A stretch of DNA of 64,000 nt from Octopus bimaculoides (GCF_001194135.2 NC_069002.1:34390860-34454859), one strand, 5' to 3'. Numbered from the stretch's first letter, positions 38,484 to 51,304 are shown. The notes: generated by a model not told the origin, from the sequence alone. A program made the numbers and translations.

Positions 38484-39045
38484 TATATATATATAATGTT
38501 TGGTTTCATTATGATTCTGTTTATTTTATATCTGTTTTCTTTCTTAAGCGGGTGACAAGAGTGTTATATTTTTCTCTCTAGATAACGCCGAAAATTGTAT
38601 TTATTTTTGTTTTCCCTTCGAAAATTTACAATTTGTCATACTCGTAAAATATATATTTATATATAAGTTTGGTTCCTTCATATCATGATTGCAATGCCAT
38701 TTATCTTGGTGCTACGTTGTATTGTAAAACAGTCTTAAGTTTTTGTCCGCTTGTCAAAACTATATTAGCAAGCAGTCATATAAAAACAAAATATATTAAA
38801 TACTCCATTTTCCATATCTAACCGATACCAAAACTACAAAATCAATTAGAAATATAAAAACCAATATATAATTACACGTATCACACGGACTCAGACTTGA
38901 TATATAGAAAAAAAATTTGGTTTTCTACCAATGTGTGTTTATGCGAATGAAATATATATATATAGCTATGCCTATAGATGCGGATGTGTGTTGTGTTTTT
39001 CTGTCTTTATAATGTTTATTTATTTATTTATGCGCTCTTCTAAAG

Positions 39046-39120
39046 CCTAGCCAGGGTCATGGGCCCGGTTTCTATGGCGTATGTGTTGCCGAAGCTGGAC
39101 GGGACGCCAGTCCATCGCAG
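39046..39120 (-). mobile_element. SINE 3' fragment (probably family E type) abutting a half copy of family A
   Basis: GGGTCATGGGCCCGGTTTC...GGACGGGACGCCAGTCCATCGCAG; weak similarity to 35243-35282. Confidence 0.5.
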
Positions 39121-39134
39121 CCTTCTTCAAGAAA

Positions 39135-39323
39135 GAGGAAAAAAGTGGGAGAGAATATTGGGGCGAAAGAGTACAAGAGGGGTGGCGACCACCCCCTGCC
39201 GGAGTCTCGTGGAGCTTTAGGTATTTTCGGTCAACAAGCACACAACGCCCGGTCTAGGAATCGAAAACGCAATAATCAGACCGCAAGTCCGCTGCTCTAT
39301 CCACTGGGCCATTGCGCCCCCAC
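39135..39323 (-). mobile_element. SINE family A, 5' half, more diverged
   Basis: Aligns to the first ~190 nt of the other A copies. Confidence 0.9.
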
Positions 39324-39413
39324 CTTTATAATAAGTACATGTGTATATTTATGTATATATATATATATATATATACATGTTCACACACTCACACACACAC
39401 AGTCACATATATA

Positions 39414-39672
39414 AGCCTAGTACTTATTCTATCGGCCGCTTTTGCCAATCCGCTAAGTTACGGAGACGTAAACACACCAGCATCGGTTGTCAAGTGATGT
39501 TGGGGGGACAAACACAGATACACAAACATATAAACACATATATACATCATATATACAACAGGCTCCTTTCAGTTTCCGTCTACCAAATCCACTCACAAGA
39601 CGCAGTGTGATTGAACCCAGAACCATGTGGTCGGTAAGCAAGCTACTTACGACACAGCCACTCCTGTGCCTA
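39414..39672 (-). mobile_element. SINE family C lacking the CORE-like segment
   Basis: CCACTCACAAG is joined directly to ACGCAGTG; the GGCCCGAGG...CTTGCCCAA segment present at 30490-30535 is missing. Confidence 0.9.
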
Positions 39673-39697
39673 TAAAAATTAATGAAATAATCTGTAC

Positions 39698-39800
39698 GTT
39701 TAATAGAATAGACCCGAAATGGATAAAAGGCAAAATCAACCTCGGCGGAATTTGAACTCAACGTAAAGACAGGCGAAAGCGCTAAGCATTTCGCCCGTCC
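39698..39800 (-). mobile_element. SINE family B, partial
   Basis: CAACCTCGGCGGAATTTGAACTC...GCTAAGCATTTCGCCCG, ending at (TC)n and a gap. Confidence 0.85.
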
Positions 39801-40047
39801 TCTCTCTCTCTCTCTCTCTCTCTCTTTTATTTNNNNNNNNNNNNNNNNNNNNNNNNNNNNNNNNNNNNNNNNNNNNNNNNNNNNNNNNNNNNNNNNNNNN
39901 NNNNNNNNNNNNNNNNNNNNNNNNNNNNNNNNNNNNNNNNNNNNNNNNNNNNNNNNNNNNNNNNNNNNNNNNNNNNNNNNNNNNNNNNNNNNNNNNNNNN
40001 NNNNNNNNNNNNNNNNNNNNNNNNNNNNNNNNNNNNNNNNNNNNNNN

Positions 40048-40079
<32 letters not shown>

Positions 40080-40315
40080 TGTCTTTGTGTGCTGCTTTTT
40101 CTGCCTATATGTTTTGCGTTCGTGCACCGTGTTTATTTATATGATACTGTTTTCTGTTAATTCGTATATCGTAACTGCTATGGTTCTTGCAAAGTTTGCA
40201 TCCAATCTTCATCGGACGACAGACGTGACAAATACGGGAATTATTCCTGGCTTTTATGAAAATTTGAATGTTGCTGATTGGAGGAAATGACACAATTAAC
40301 TCATCTATGATCATG

Positions 40316-40531
40316 CTGATATAGGTTTCAGATTTTGGCACAAGGCCAACAATTTCGGTGAGGGTGTAAAACGGTAACATCGACCCCCATGATCAACTGG
40401 TACTTAAGTTTATCGACACCTAAAAAATGAATATCGATCTAGGTGGAATTAGAGAACAGGATGTAATGACTGATAAAATACCTCTAATCATTTTGCCCAG
40501 CGTGCTAAAGATTCTGCCTGCTCGCTGCCTT
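40316..40531 (-). mobile_element. SINE family B, diverged, full length
   Basis: TTTGGCACAAGGCC tail, ACTGGTACTT core, CTCGCTGCCTT head. Confidence 0.85.
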
Positions 40532-40881
40532 AATCAGATATTTCGTTGTGAGGATCGTAGCAGCTGCATAGTTATAAATTAAATTATGGGACCGTTTAAG
40601 AGATTAAAATTATAAATCGAATTAGAAAATACGAGTCATCTATGACTATGTGATTATATATCACGTAAGCTACTTGCTAAAGGTAGAAAAATAGAATCTC
40701 ATTGTTGCTGTTCAACTAATAATTATTATTCCCCTCCTGAATGAAAATTGAAAGCTCGGTCTGAGAAATATGAACGAGTGAATATTTTAGATTAGACGTC
40801 ATATCTGTCACATCCATTGTTTTAAAAGTAGAGGGACAGAAAGCCAATGTTGTAGTATAAAAGTTGCATACTCTGTTCTAT

Positions 40882-41255
40882 GTCGAGGCGCAATGGCCCA
40901 GTGGTTAGGGCATCGGACTCGGGGTCATAGGATCGCGGTTTCGATTCCCAGACCGGGCGTTGTGAGTGTTTATTGAGCGAAAACACCTAAAGCTCCACGA
41001 GGCTCCAGCAGGGGATGGTGGCGAACCCTGCTGTACTCTTTCACCACAACTTTCTTTCACACTTACTTCTTGTTTCTGTTCTACCTGTAATTCAAAGGGT
41101 CAGCCTTGTCACACTGAATATCCCCGAGAACTACGTTAGGGGTACACGTGTCTGTGGAGTGCTCAGCCACTTGCACTTTAATTTCATGAGCAGGCTGTTT
41201 CGTTGATCGGATCAACTGGAACCCTCATCGTCGTAACCGACGGAGGGCCAACAAC
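40882..41255 (+). mobile_element. SINE family A, full length, with TSD
   Basis: A-box 40894-40904, B-box 40937-40948; TSD ACTCTGTTC(TAT/GAT) at 40870-40881 and 41256-41267. Confidence 0.95.
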
Positions 41256-41888
41256 ACTCTGTTCGATACACTTGTATTATGATCTTCCTCTGTTCAGAAT
41301 ATGTCATCTTCTGTAGCGACATAATATTTTCCAAACAAACAGCTAGACAATTAATAGTTCAAGATGTTTACTTAGCCATACATAATTTGCAACAGTGCAA
41401 TCTATTTCTCCATATTCTGCATCAAAACATGTGTTCCACTTCAGATTTCAGTCTGTGTTAGTTTATGACAAATACTTCAGTGACAGAATAGTCTAGTGTA
41501 TGCTCCATCTCTAAAAAATTGAAGGAAACCTTATGTTATTGAGAACATGTTACCACCGTTATGAAATATTCTCCCCTTCCCACCAAAAAAAAAAGAAGAA
41601 AAGGAGTTAATATCCTCTCATTAAAATCAATTTTGGGTGGAATTTAGGGGATTAAACGAAAAGAACAATGTTCGGGATAACATTCATTGATAATTAGGAT
41701 GACATGAGTTTTTTAATGTATGGTGTAAATCATATGACATCATGCTCATTATAACGAATTTGGTACGTTCAGTGGTCATTGTATTGATTGTTTCCTTACA
41801 ATGATAAAATATTACTTTTTGATAATCCTAGAACTAAAAAGTTTTCAAAAGCGATTTAGCACCGACAGCTAGCAAGGCCAAGCTACTA

Positions 41889-41927
41889 TAGACTGATGAA
41901 GGGCTACTACCCTTAAACTAGTCTCTG
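41889..41927 (+). ncRNA. Second type of minimal hammerhead motif, G12 mutated
   Basis: UAGA CUGAUGA AGGG CUACUA CCCU UAAA CUAG UC UCUG: stems I and II pair, ACUAGU is palindromic, the triplet is GUC, but GAAA reads UAAA. Confidence 0.5.
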
Positions 41928-42669
41928 AATACTAGCTTTATTGGGTGGAGGTGATTATTACTACTGTTTGAAAACTTAAGGACACAGAACGCTTGTGCCA
42001 CGAGACAACTACAAACGATATTTCCTGGGGCTAAATAGCAGTGGCATTCTTCCCTTTCGAGGGACTGCCACATTAAGTTGGCAACAAACCATTACTTTAA
42101 AACTAAAAGTTTAAAAGGAATGTTTTTTTTTTTGAAATGACAACGGTGGTGAGTCTTATATTTGTTTTTAAAATTCACAACCATTTTCTATTTAAACATG
42201 GACTGGTTAAGTTCAAAACTCGGTCGATTTTTCATTTGATAATAAGCGGGCAAGTAAATACTCGAAGCATTTCTTTTTCAATGCATTTTACTAACTCTAC
42301 AGAGTTTCTTCATTTGTTCATAGGGTATCAATGATGTAGGCAATATACAGACATGTTTCTGATGTTGCTATGTATTTCTCAGCGTATATATATTCATGCA
42401 CGTACGTATGTATGTATATATGTATTATATATTCATGTCTACACGTAAGGCGCACCCACATTCATGTGTATATATTTACATACTCACTAACGTGAAACGT
42501 AAGCTGAGTTTGTGCAAGCGAGGTATTTGAAAGAAAATGACCAAAACAAATATTCATAAAATCATTATTTGAAACATTAGCACAACTTTAAACACTAAGT
42601 GCTGGTTAAGATACTGTTTTACCATTTAATACCAAGTATATTAAAGGATTATACATCAAAACTGTGTCC

Positions 42670-43010
42670 TATTCCGATGTTAGGTGTACGATACAATCAC
42701 TTTCAAGTTATTTTTGCGAAATTTCTATAGAATTTAGAGCCAACACTATATTTATGAAGTTTCATAATCGAATACGCCTTTGGAAAGTATGCAATCGTTG
42801 ATAGAAAAATCGGTAATTGGTGTATATGAATATTCCAGGAGGTATTGCTCCTTCCTAGGCACGATATCTAATCCATTAACCACCCACGGACATCTTGCTT
42901 CAATACCCACTATGTTTATCGGTGTAACGCTATTGGAAAGATCAATTTCCATATTAAACACATTCCAGGCAATATTTGCACCATTAATTGATGGTTGAGC
43001 CGCTTCATTT
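42670..43010 (+). mobile_element. Possible Gypsy-type RNase H remnant
   Basis: Frameshifted KYAIVDR... and FHIKHIPGNICTIN*WLSR resemble Y...EKE and F.I.HIPG..N..ADWLSR. Highly degenerate; no LTRs seen. Confidence 0.3.
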
Positions 43011-44249
43011 CGATATCCAACTATATTATACTACCAAGTACATTAAACGTTTTTATAGACCTACATTTGTATCTTAGCTCTCATTATTAACGTAGACGTA
43101 TTCGTATTCAAAACGTCGTGGCTTTTGGTGCTGGCTCTATATTCTATAGAAAATCTATTGAAATAATTTTAAAGTAGCTCCCTGCTGCCCCAACACTAGG
43201 ATATAGTTTGAATTATAAACCTTTATTATACTTGGTAGAATATTATTTTTGCAAAACGAAGTACAATGAGTCTACCAGAAATTATCATGTACGTTAAATT
43301 GTTATACTGCTAAACTTAGTTGATATTTAAGCAATGTATTCAAGGATTGTTAATAGGTTGGATGTTACGCTGATGGACATGTAATAACGTCTGAAATATT
43401 CACATACACCCAGCTGCTCTTTTCAATCGTCGCAGGTTTCCATGCTGGGACTAACTTTTAGAGTAAACCTGTAGAGATAACTTAAACACCAAGAACTAAC
43501 CCCCTATAAAGAAATATTCTTAACATACCAGGAGTCCTCAATCACATAAAATTCTGATTCAAGGACTATATCTTTCATCACGTTCAATGAAAATATTCAA
43601 TATATCCTTCTGACCAGTAAACTCAAATTTCGAGACTACAACTGTCTGGAAATTAAACGTGGCAAAAATCTGACAATATTTTAAGAAGCCGGATGAAACT
43701 AACAACTCACACACACACACACACACACACACACAAATACCATCATATATGTGTGTCTCTGTGTCTAGGGGGTGGGCAAATTGTGTAAAAGCAAAGTGAA
43801 GATATAGACAAATATATGGAAAAAGTAATGACAGACTAATAAATAAATTGATTGAACTTATCTACTGTACGAATTTTACAAAAGCTGTGATAATTTGCAC
43901 AATAAACTCAGAAATATTTACGAGTTATTTATTCAGATCTTAAAACTCCACAGTGTCATTATTATTAAATTTCTGAACGCAGAATACGTATACATGATCA
44001 GGTATAACACTCCGGTTCAGATAAGCATAGACATAAACACATATACACGCCGAGATAAGTTGTGATTTCTTTTTTTAATCATCATAAAACAACATTAAAT
44101 TTCGCTCTCTGACTTTTTGTGTTGGATTGTAATGCTTCCTTGGTTTAAATCGATTTTTCAAAGAAATAAATTCAAGTCATTATTCTAAAAATATTGTTTC
44201 GTATTAATAATGTTAATAAATAAGGTTAGCAGTAATGATAATGATGATG

Positions 44250-45845
44250 ATTAGATATTATTATTATTACTACTATTATTATCATTATTATTATTATTAT
44301 TATTATCATTTTGTTTATTATGAAAGACTTTCGGTTAGTTCTTAATTACCGGTTATTCTTTACTTGAAAGCAGGCAAAAACAAATCACTGAAGGTTTCAA
44401 ATAGTGCTTTCTCCTGTGACTCAAAGAGACAATACTTTCCTTAGAATGCAAACTACCCAACAATGCTGTCTTCTGGATCACCTGGAGCCTGACAGCAGCT
44501 CCAATATACTTAATATATTTTCCAAAGTCCTTGGATACTGCTCCTAATGCTCCAATTATAACTGGTCTCACCATTGTTTTCCTCATGCCCCATAACTTAC
44601 CTATGCCGTCCCGCAATGGTTGATATCTCTCAATATTCTCTGTTTTCTTACCTTTTCCCTCGAATCACCTGGTATTGCAGCATCTATTATCTTTACCTTT
44701 TTTGCATCTGTATAGATGAACACAATATCTTGTCGTCTCGCCTATATGATTTGGTCGGGTTTTGCTTTACCGCACAACAGCCAGTGGATATATCTGGCCG
44801 CATTGTCATGTGTCCTTTTGTATTCGATTTGTACGAGCTTACAGCATTCACTAACAGTATGACTTATACTGTCTCCCTTCTCAGAGCACATCCTATAATG
44901 TGGCGAGTCAGTGCTTTTATCAATGTGATATTTGGAGTAGTTTGTTCTGAGAGCCTGTTCTTGAGCTCTACACACTAATGACTCAGCGGGCCCTTTTAAG
45001 TCTCCTTTCTGCAGCCTTTACCGGTTTCTATTCCAATCAATCTCATCTTTACTCTTCAAGAACTGACTGTATTTTCTTGTCCTGCGAAATTTTCTTCATG
45101 TGCTCTCTCTGATTTTTTCTTTAATTGTGTTGGATCTACGGCTTCCTTCACTTTTAAGGTTCCCTGCATTTTCACTCTTTCAATAATTCTTTCTTTACTC
45201 CCCTTGAGATACCAAGCTAGGCTATTCTCTTCTTCCCTTACACAACCTTCACAACACACCAATCCCTGTCCTACATTTTTCTTTACGTACAATCTTGATA
45301 CATCACTCTTGAGGTGTAGTTCTTTGTTCATTGTCATTAATTTACGTGTTCTCTGGTCTATCTCTTGTAATTTATGCTTCTTCTAAAATACTATTCCTGC
45401 CTCATATCTCATCAAACCAACAGCCCACGTGTTAATTGCTGTAATCTTAGAGCGGCCATTTAGCTTCGATGGGAGCACAAGCAGAGTTCTCCACAAATAC
45501 TCTTTCCTGTGCATTTTTTCATCTTTTCTTCATTGATCTTATTATCTCTGTTAATGATACCCAGGTACTTATATCCTTCCACACCGATTTCCTTTCCAGC
45601 TTGTATCCCTTGGCTTTTAGTGATTTCCCCCTTTTAAGAATCATTAAATCACAATTCTCGATCTCAAGTTCCATACCAATATCTTTACTAATCATCTGCA
45701 CAATTTCCGTTAAACTCTCAATTTCTTTAACAGTTTTGGCGAATAGCTTTAGGTCATTCATAAACCACAGGTTATTTACTTTAACCCTGCCTAGCATGTA
45801 TCCCACACGCATCTTTCTTAAAAAGCTTGTTCGTGGACCTTAAGA
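44250..45845 (-). mobile_element. 5'-truncated R4/Dong-like non-LTR retrotransposon (RT C-terminus, CCHC knuckle, RLE) with a (TAA)n tail
   Basis: FMNDLKLFAK (YMDD-like), AQEQALRTN...RMC...HTVSEC...YKRTHD, ARRQDIV...IIDAAIPGD and IIGALGAVSK...IQKTALLG; (AAT)n at 44250-44310 on the 3' side. Confidence 0.88.
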
Positions 45846-45921
45846 CAAATTAAGGAAGGGCCGACTTACACTGTTCTGTGTTATTTGTGAATAGAGAAGT
45901 TGTGCTCGATAAGAGAGAATC

Positions 45922-45962
45922 TTATTATTATTGCCTTCGCTAAGCCGGAGATATTGTTTTCT
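45922..45962 (+). mobile_element. 5' fragment resembling the HINE start at 46313
   Basis: TTATTGCCTTCGCTAAGCCGGAGATATTGTTTTC vs TTATTAGCTCCGCC...GGCGGAGGTATAGTTTTC. Confidence 0.35.
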
Positions 45963-46312
45963 GTCGTGTTTAATGAAGTTGAAAATTATGATGATGATGA
46001 TCTTAGTAACAGAAGAAGAAAAAGGATGATAATGTTACAACAGATGCCTGATGTCTCTTTATAACCTTGAAGAACTATAAAAATATGCATTTGTATGTTG
46101 ACAGTGTTTAGTTTTATTAGTGCTTTGAAGTGTTGTTTATTAGTTTTGTGTGTTTACGGTTAATATTCACAGTGATGTTAGTGAATGATGGGTGTTAGAC
46201 TTGTCAGAAGCCTTTAAGAAGAGGTTTTGCAGATTGCAGCCAAGGAGTCGGTTGTCAGCACTCAAATCAACGCAATTATTACACGTATTTCAACCTACTA
46301 AATTATTAACCA

Positions 46313-46677
46313 TTATTAGCTCCGCCTTAACGAAGGCGGAGGTATAGTTTTCAGCAGTGTTTATTTGTTTGTCCGTGGACAAGATATCTCAAGAACCGCT
46401 TGATGGATTCGGATAAAACTTTCATGGAGGTTTGGCCTCGTGATTGGGTGGCAAGAAATGATTAGATTTTAGAATTCATCCAATACTGGAAACGGATTCT
46501 GGATTATTTCCACTGTTTTTTACCTAATTTTTGAGAGCGGTCGGTTCATTTTTAGTATTCCCTTTTGTGAGAGTTGGAGTTTATTTTAGATAATCTCATT
46601 TTAAAAGCCATCTCTGGCTAATCGTGGAGATGACATTGGTGTTGCCTTGGTTGGTGCTTGCGTTCTCTGAATACTTT
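46313..46677 (+). mobile_element. Helentron-associated interspersed element (HINE; DINE-1/Pearl-like)
   Basis: Perfect 9-bp hairpin CTCCGCCTT-AACG-AAGGCGGAG (46320-46341), short (TGTT)n-GTCCGT, GATATCTCAAGAAC motif, degenerate 3' end GCCTTGG...CTCTGA..CTTTT, T-rich flanks, no TSD. Confidence 0.7.
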
Positions 46678-46679
46678 TG

Positions 46680-46890
46680 TTATTATTATTACTATTGTTA
46701 TCATGTTGATAATGGTGATGACTATGATGATAATAAGGACGACAATGATGATGAGTTTGATAATGATAACCGTGTTGATGTTGATCACCATCATGATGCT
46801 CATCATGATTATAATGAAGAAGCTGACAATGATGATGTTGATAAAGAGCACAGTAACGATGACGTTGATGATAATGCAGACGATGATAGT
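46680..46890. repeat. Degenerate (GAT)n repeat
   Basis: Seen directly; explains ORFs 46618-47017. Confidence 0.9.
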
Positions 46891-47163
46891 AATTTTATCA
46901 CATAACATCTTAGTGTTTGTTTCGTTTTTATATATATATATATGTATTATCTTTTTGTCTAAAAAAATCTTCATATCACACATTCTTCAGAATTTTTGCT
47001 TTTTCATTTTATTTTAACTCCGTTTGCCTAGCTAGTTTTGTTTCTCCGAATAATGACGAAAAAATTTCAATAAAAATTGCGAAGACATATGATTATAATA
47101 TATATACATATATACATACGTAGATCCGTGTATGAGTGTGTTCAAGTTTGTGCCTCGATGTGA

Positions 47164-47215
<52 letters not shown>

Positions 47216-49194
47216 GTGTGTGTGTGTAAGCTTTTATGTATGTACCTATGTATGTATGTAGATAGACAGAGGGCAAGAGTGATATATGTCCATGAAAATG
47301 TGTTTATATGTTTATGTGTGTGTTTTTATATATATACACACATGCGCGCATGCTCACAAACACACACGCACACAGATAGATAGACACACATTTATATTTA
47401 CATAAATGCTTTTTATGTTATAGTAACCATCGTGATCATCATTATTATTAATTTTATTGTTGTTATTCTTAGAATTCTTATAATCATTTTTACTGATATT
47501 TTAAAAATTATTTGTTGTTTTTGCTGTTGTCAGCGTCGACGTTTCTCGAGTCAGCATGTTTCCTAAGAGTGAAATGCTGAAGTGTTTTGTTTTGTTTGCT
47601 TTTATTCATTTATTTATCTATTTAGTTTTTTGACATTACCTTGTAACATTTTATTTATTCTGCGTTCTTTTATCTTATTTTTATACTTAACGCCGCACGC
47701 AGTTTTCAACTATTTCTTGAAAATTGACCAACAAAAACAAATAACAATACTATATGAAAATGAAACTGAGCATAAAAAGCAAAATTAAGAAACCACACAT
47801 ATTTTATTTCCATATATGTTTTTTTCTATCATTTATCATAAAATCATTTACTTAACTTTATATCTGATATACAATGTTTCTGCCAGATATTTTAAGATGA
47901 AATAAATTCTTTTTAAAAATTCAGAAATCATTTTGCCAGAATCTTCTTAGACTCATTGTTAGATAATATTATGTTTCTATGTTTTATCTGTTTTTGAAAT
48001 TTCGTTTTTCCACTATTGTAAATGAAAATTCTAAAATTTCGCTTTCACAAATAATTTATTTCTTCACAGATTTCCAACATGTTCAGTGTGGTGGAAATTT
48101 AATATCAGTGCTAAAATAAATAAAATTTTTACAGTCCTTAAATCACCAGAAACAAATTACGAAGATCTTGGAGATTTAATGAGTTTATCTCTTCTTGTTC
48201 TAAAACATTTGCAAGTAGAAGTTGTGGTGAAAAAGGGGTGGATGACTGAAAAATGTTGCGATGGAGATGGTGGTGAAATTGGTTTTAAAATATTGTTGAA
48301 TAATTTGGGAATTATAGAAGTGTTAGGTAGAAATAAATTGTTTCAACGTTATAAATAACAAATTGGTATAAAGTAATTCATATAAAAAATATAATATAGA
48401 AAACCTAAAAATTCTTCAATTTTGATTTCTTTTTCCTTCGTACGTTTTTAGATACCACTGTTATCTTGTGTATCGTCGACAGAGATACTGAAGTATCCTG
48501 AACTACCATATCTGTATGAATCACCTGGGTTTGGTCATCTCTTCTAAATGATTTAAATCGTGAGGTAGAGTTTACATCTGTATAATTTAATGTATACATA
48601 CCACTTGAAATTACATAGACTGAACTGTTTAACCGTTCACACAAACAACTTACATTCGTGGGAATGCATTGTTTCCGAGAGGGAAAATTACAGTATCTCT
48701 GTTGCTAATAGTCAGAAGTATTTGTCCTTACGCAACAGAGGTACTGAGTTTTTACCCTCATCACGCTAGTATATATTTACACATTATTACCAATGCTATT
48801 TAATAAAACGTCTAGACACTTCTACCAGTGTACGCTGCATTCCACTTAAGGGTTTGTCCCTGGATTATCTTCAAATGTAGTGAAGCATTTCTGTTAGTAA
48901 CACCGAAAATTTCCTGATTTTCTTTAAATTAATAATTAAAATAATATAATTAATTAACTAATATTGATTTTCCTAACCGTGCAATTTTCATCATTATGTT
49001 ACAGTAAATATAATAAGACAGTGTCACATGTTAACGGTAGGCCTGCCTAGCAATATCAACACATAGTAATTATTCTGGTTGCCGCATAAAGCTTCCTGGT
49101 ATAAATTAGTTAACAGTCACTAAATAAGTGACAATCTGTCTCCATATTTCTCAATTTCTTCTTACCGTTTTGAGATTTTTTGTAGATATTTCTC

Positions 49195-49645
49195 GTCATT
49201 TACTTCGTTCAGTGATTAGATCGCAGCCATACTAGGGCACCGTCTTGGAGAATCTTATTGGAATGAATCGACCCCATTACATTTTTTTATGTCTGGTACT
49301 TACTCTATCGAGGTCTTGTATCGAAACACTATGTTATGAGAACGTAAACATAATGACACCGGCCATCAAGCGTATGTTTCGGAACAAATACAGAAACAAA
49401 GACGTACACTCTATCACACACAGACATGTACACAAAAAATAGACAAGACACTCACACACACACACACACACACACACAAACAAACATATGACAGACATCT
49501 TTCGGATTCTGCCTATCAAATCTGAAACGGCGTTAGTTGGCCCGAGGCGATAGACACCTTCTCAAGTTGACAATTAGTTGACTCGAACGCGAAACCATGT
49601 GGTGTGGAACCAAGCTTCTTACTACACTTGTCCATACACCTATGT
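49195..49645 (-). mobile_element. SINE family C, old full-length copy
   Basis: GCAGCCATACTAGGGCACC tail, internal (CA)n, GGCCCGAGGC core, AAACCATGTGG...AAGCTTCTTAC head. Confidence 0.75.
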
Positions 49646-50102
49646 TTTCATATGACTTGACATATCGTCGTTCTTGTATTGAACACAAAAAAATTACACC
49701 AACATAATATACGAGTATCTCCATTATATTCTAGAAAATATCAACCCCTTAAGTAGCTGATTGTTAAGACACCTAGTTCTATATCCAGAAAGCACACCGA
49801 CATAATTTAATATGTGTACACGACAGGATTCTTAAAACTTCCTCGCTTTTGTTGAAGAAAATGAAGCAAAATCAGTGTATCATGATTTTTTCAACATATG
49901 TCCTTTTCAGAATCAAACACTTCTTGTAACGGTCCTCCAGTTTTTCGAAGCCCAGTCAAAGTACTCTGAAATTTGGACATCTAGCCAGTCCTTTTGCGAT
50001 ACACTTAAAGCCAGGATCCTTTTAGCAACCCACGTATGTTTGCTTGTGTAAATATGTGTGTATAAGTACGTATACACATTTGGACCCACACTCTCACACC
50101 GG

Positions 50103-50432
50103 TGTGAAGGCGCATGGCTCAGTGGTTAGAACGTCGGACTCACAGTCATAAGGTAGTGAGTTCGATTCCCGGACCAGGTTGTGTGCAGTGTTCTTCTGCA
50201 GGACACTTTTTTTCATGTTGCTCCATTTCACTCAGCTGTAGAAATGAGTTACACAACTAATGCCGATTTGTATCGGCCTTTACCTCCGATAACATCTGTA
50301 GCCTTCTATGCATGGGTGACGTGATGATCTCCTTAAATAAACTTTTCCGCTATTTAACCTTGGAGGGGAACTTTCTAGGTGTAGTCCCATGGTTATTCAT
50401 GACCGAAGAAGGTGGGTTGGAGACTACCCTTT
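50103..50432 (+). mobile_element. SINE family E (tRNA head + CORE-like domain)
   Basis: A-box TGGCTCAGTGG 50115-50125, B-box GAGTTCGATTCC 50158-50169, then GTGTTCTT..CAGGACAC...CACTCAGCTGTAGAAATGAGT. Confidence 0.85.
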
Positions 50433-51039
50433 TCCACATGCATATGTATTGTCCTAGAATCGAGGGAATCAACTCCTTCAAATAATTGTAAGGTGTCGAT
50501 CAAAAGAATTGGTATGTGTAGATACGTGGAAGTGAGATTATGCAAAAGGAGAAAGTTTCAGATCTGACACCAGTTGTGCATCATTTAGACAGTGCATATA
50601 ATTTTGACTAACAGTATTCATAGAATCTATTTTGACTACTTCTTCTCAACTCCACATATTCTACAGTTAAATGCATCATTCTGCTCCTATACATGTGATT
50701 ACTTGGAGAAACTTTGATATCATACCACAATAAAGTACCGATCACTTTGTCGCAGAGTTGTACAATGCGCTAAATATCCAGGATTATAATTAAATTTTAG
50801 TATAACTAAAGCTTAAATTTTTCAGTTATTTTCTATGAAGGGGCTTTTCGTCTCGCTTTTACACGACATTCTTCTATACATTATATTCTATCAACAATAA
50901 CAGATTTGGCTCAAGTTCGATTATCATACGAGTTTTTCTTTATTGTTGTTGTTATTGTTGTTGCTTCTGTTTTTGTTATCATTGCTTTTGCTGTAGTCAT
51001 TTTATTGTTGTTGTAATAGTTCTCGTCATGATTCTTCTT

Positions 51040-51304
51040 CTACTACTACTTTTTGTTCTACTACTATTACTACTACTACTTTTACTACTACTACCACCAC
51101 TACTTCCACGACGACTACTACTACCACTACTTCCACTACTACTACTATCACTGCTACTACCACTACTTCCACTACTACTATCACTACTACTACCACTACT
51201 TCCACCACTACTACTATCACTACTACTACTACTACTACTACATTTACTACTACTACCACGACTACTACTACTACTACTACCACTACATTTACTACCACTA
51301 CATT

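Larger units (their letters stand above)
40800..41930 (+). mobile_element. Probable Penelope-like element 3' remnant (GIY-YIG region + terminal repeat), split by a SINE A
   Basis: Degenerate translation KANVV..K / KQTARQL / SAI..HILHQNMCS..DFS / KLKETL..EH follows the order of the PLE GIY-YIG C-terminus; a hammerhead-like motif lies ~350 nt downstream. Confidence 0.45.

Noticed and set aside
50103-50180. tRNA gene (also the heads at 9388, 16258, 27617 and 40882)
   Set aside because: A and B boxes are present, but there is no complete cloverleaf and each continues into a multi-copy SINE body.
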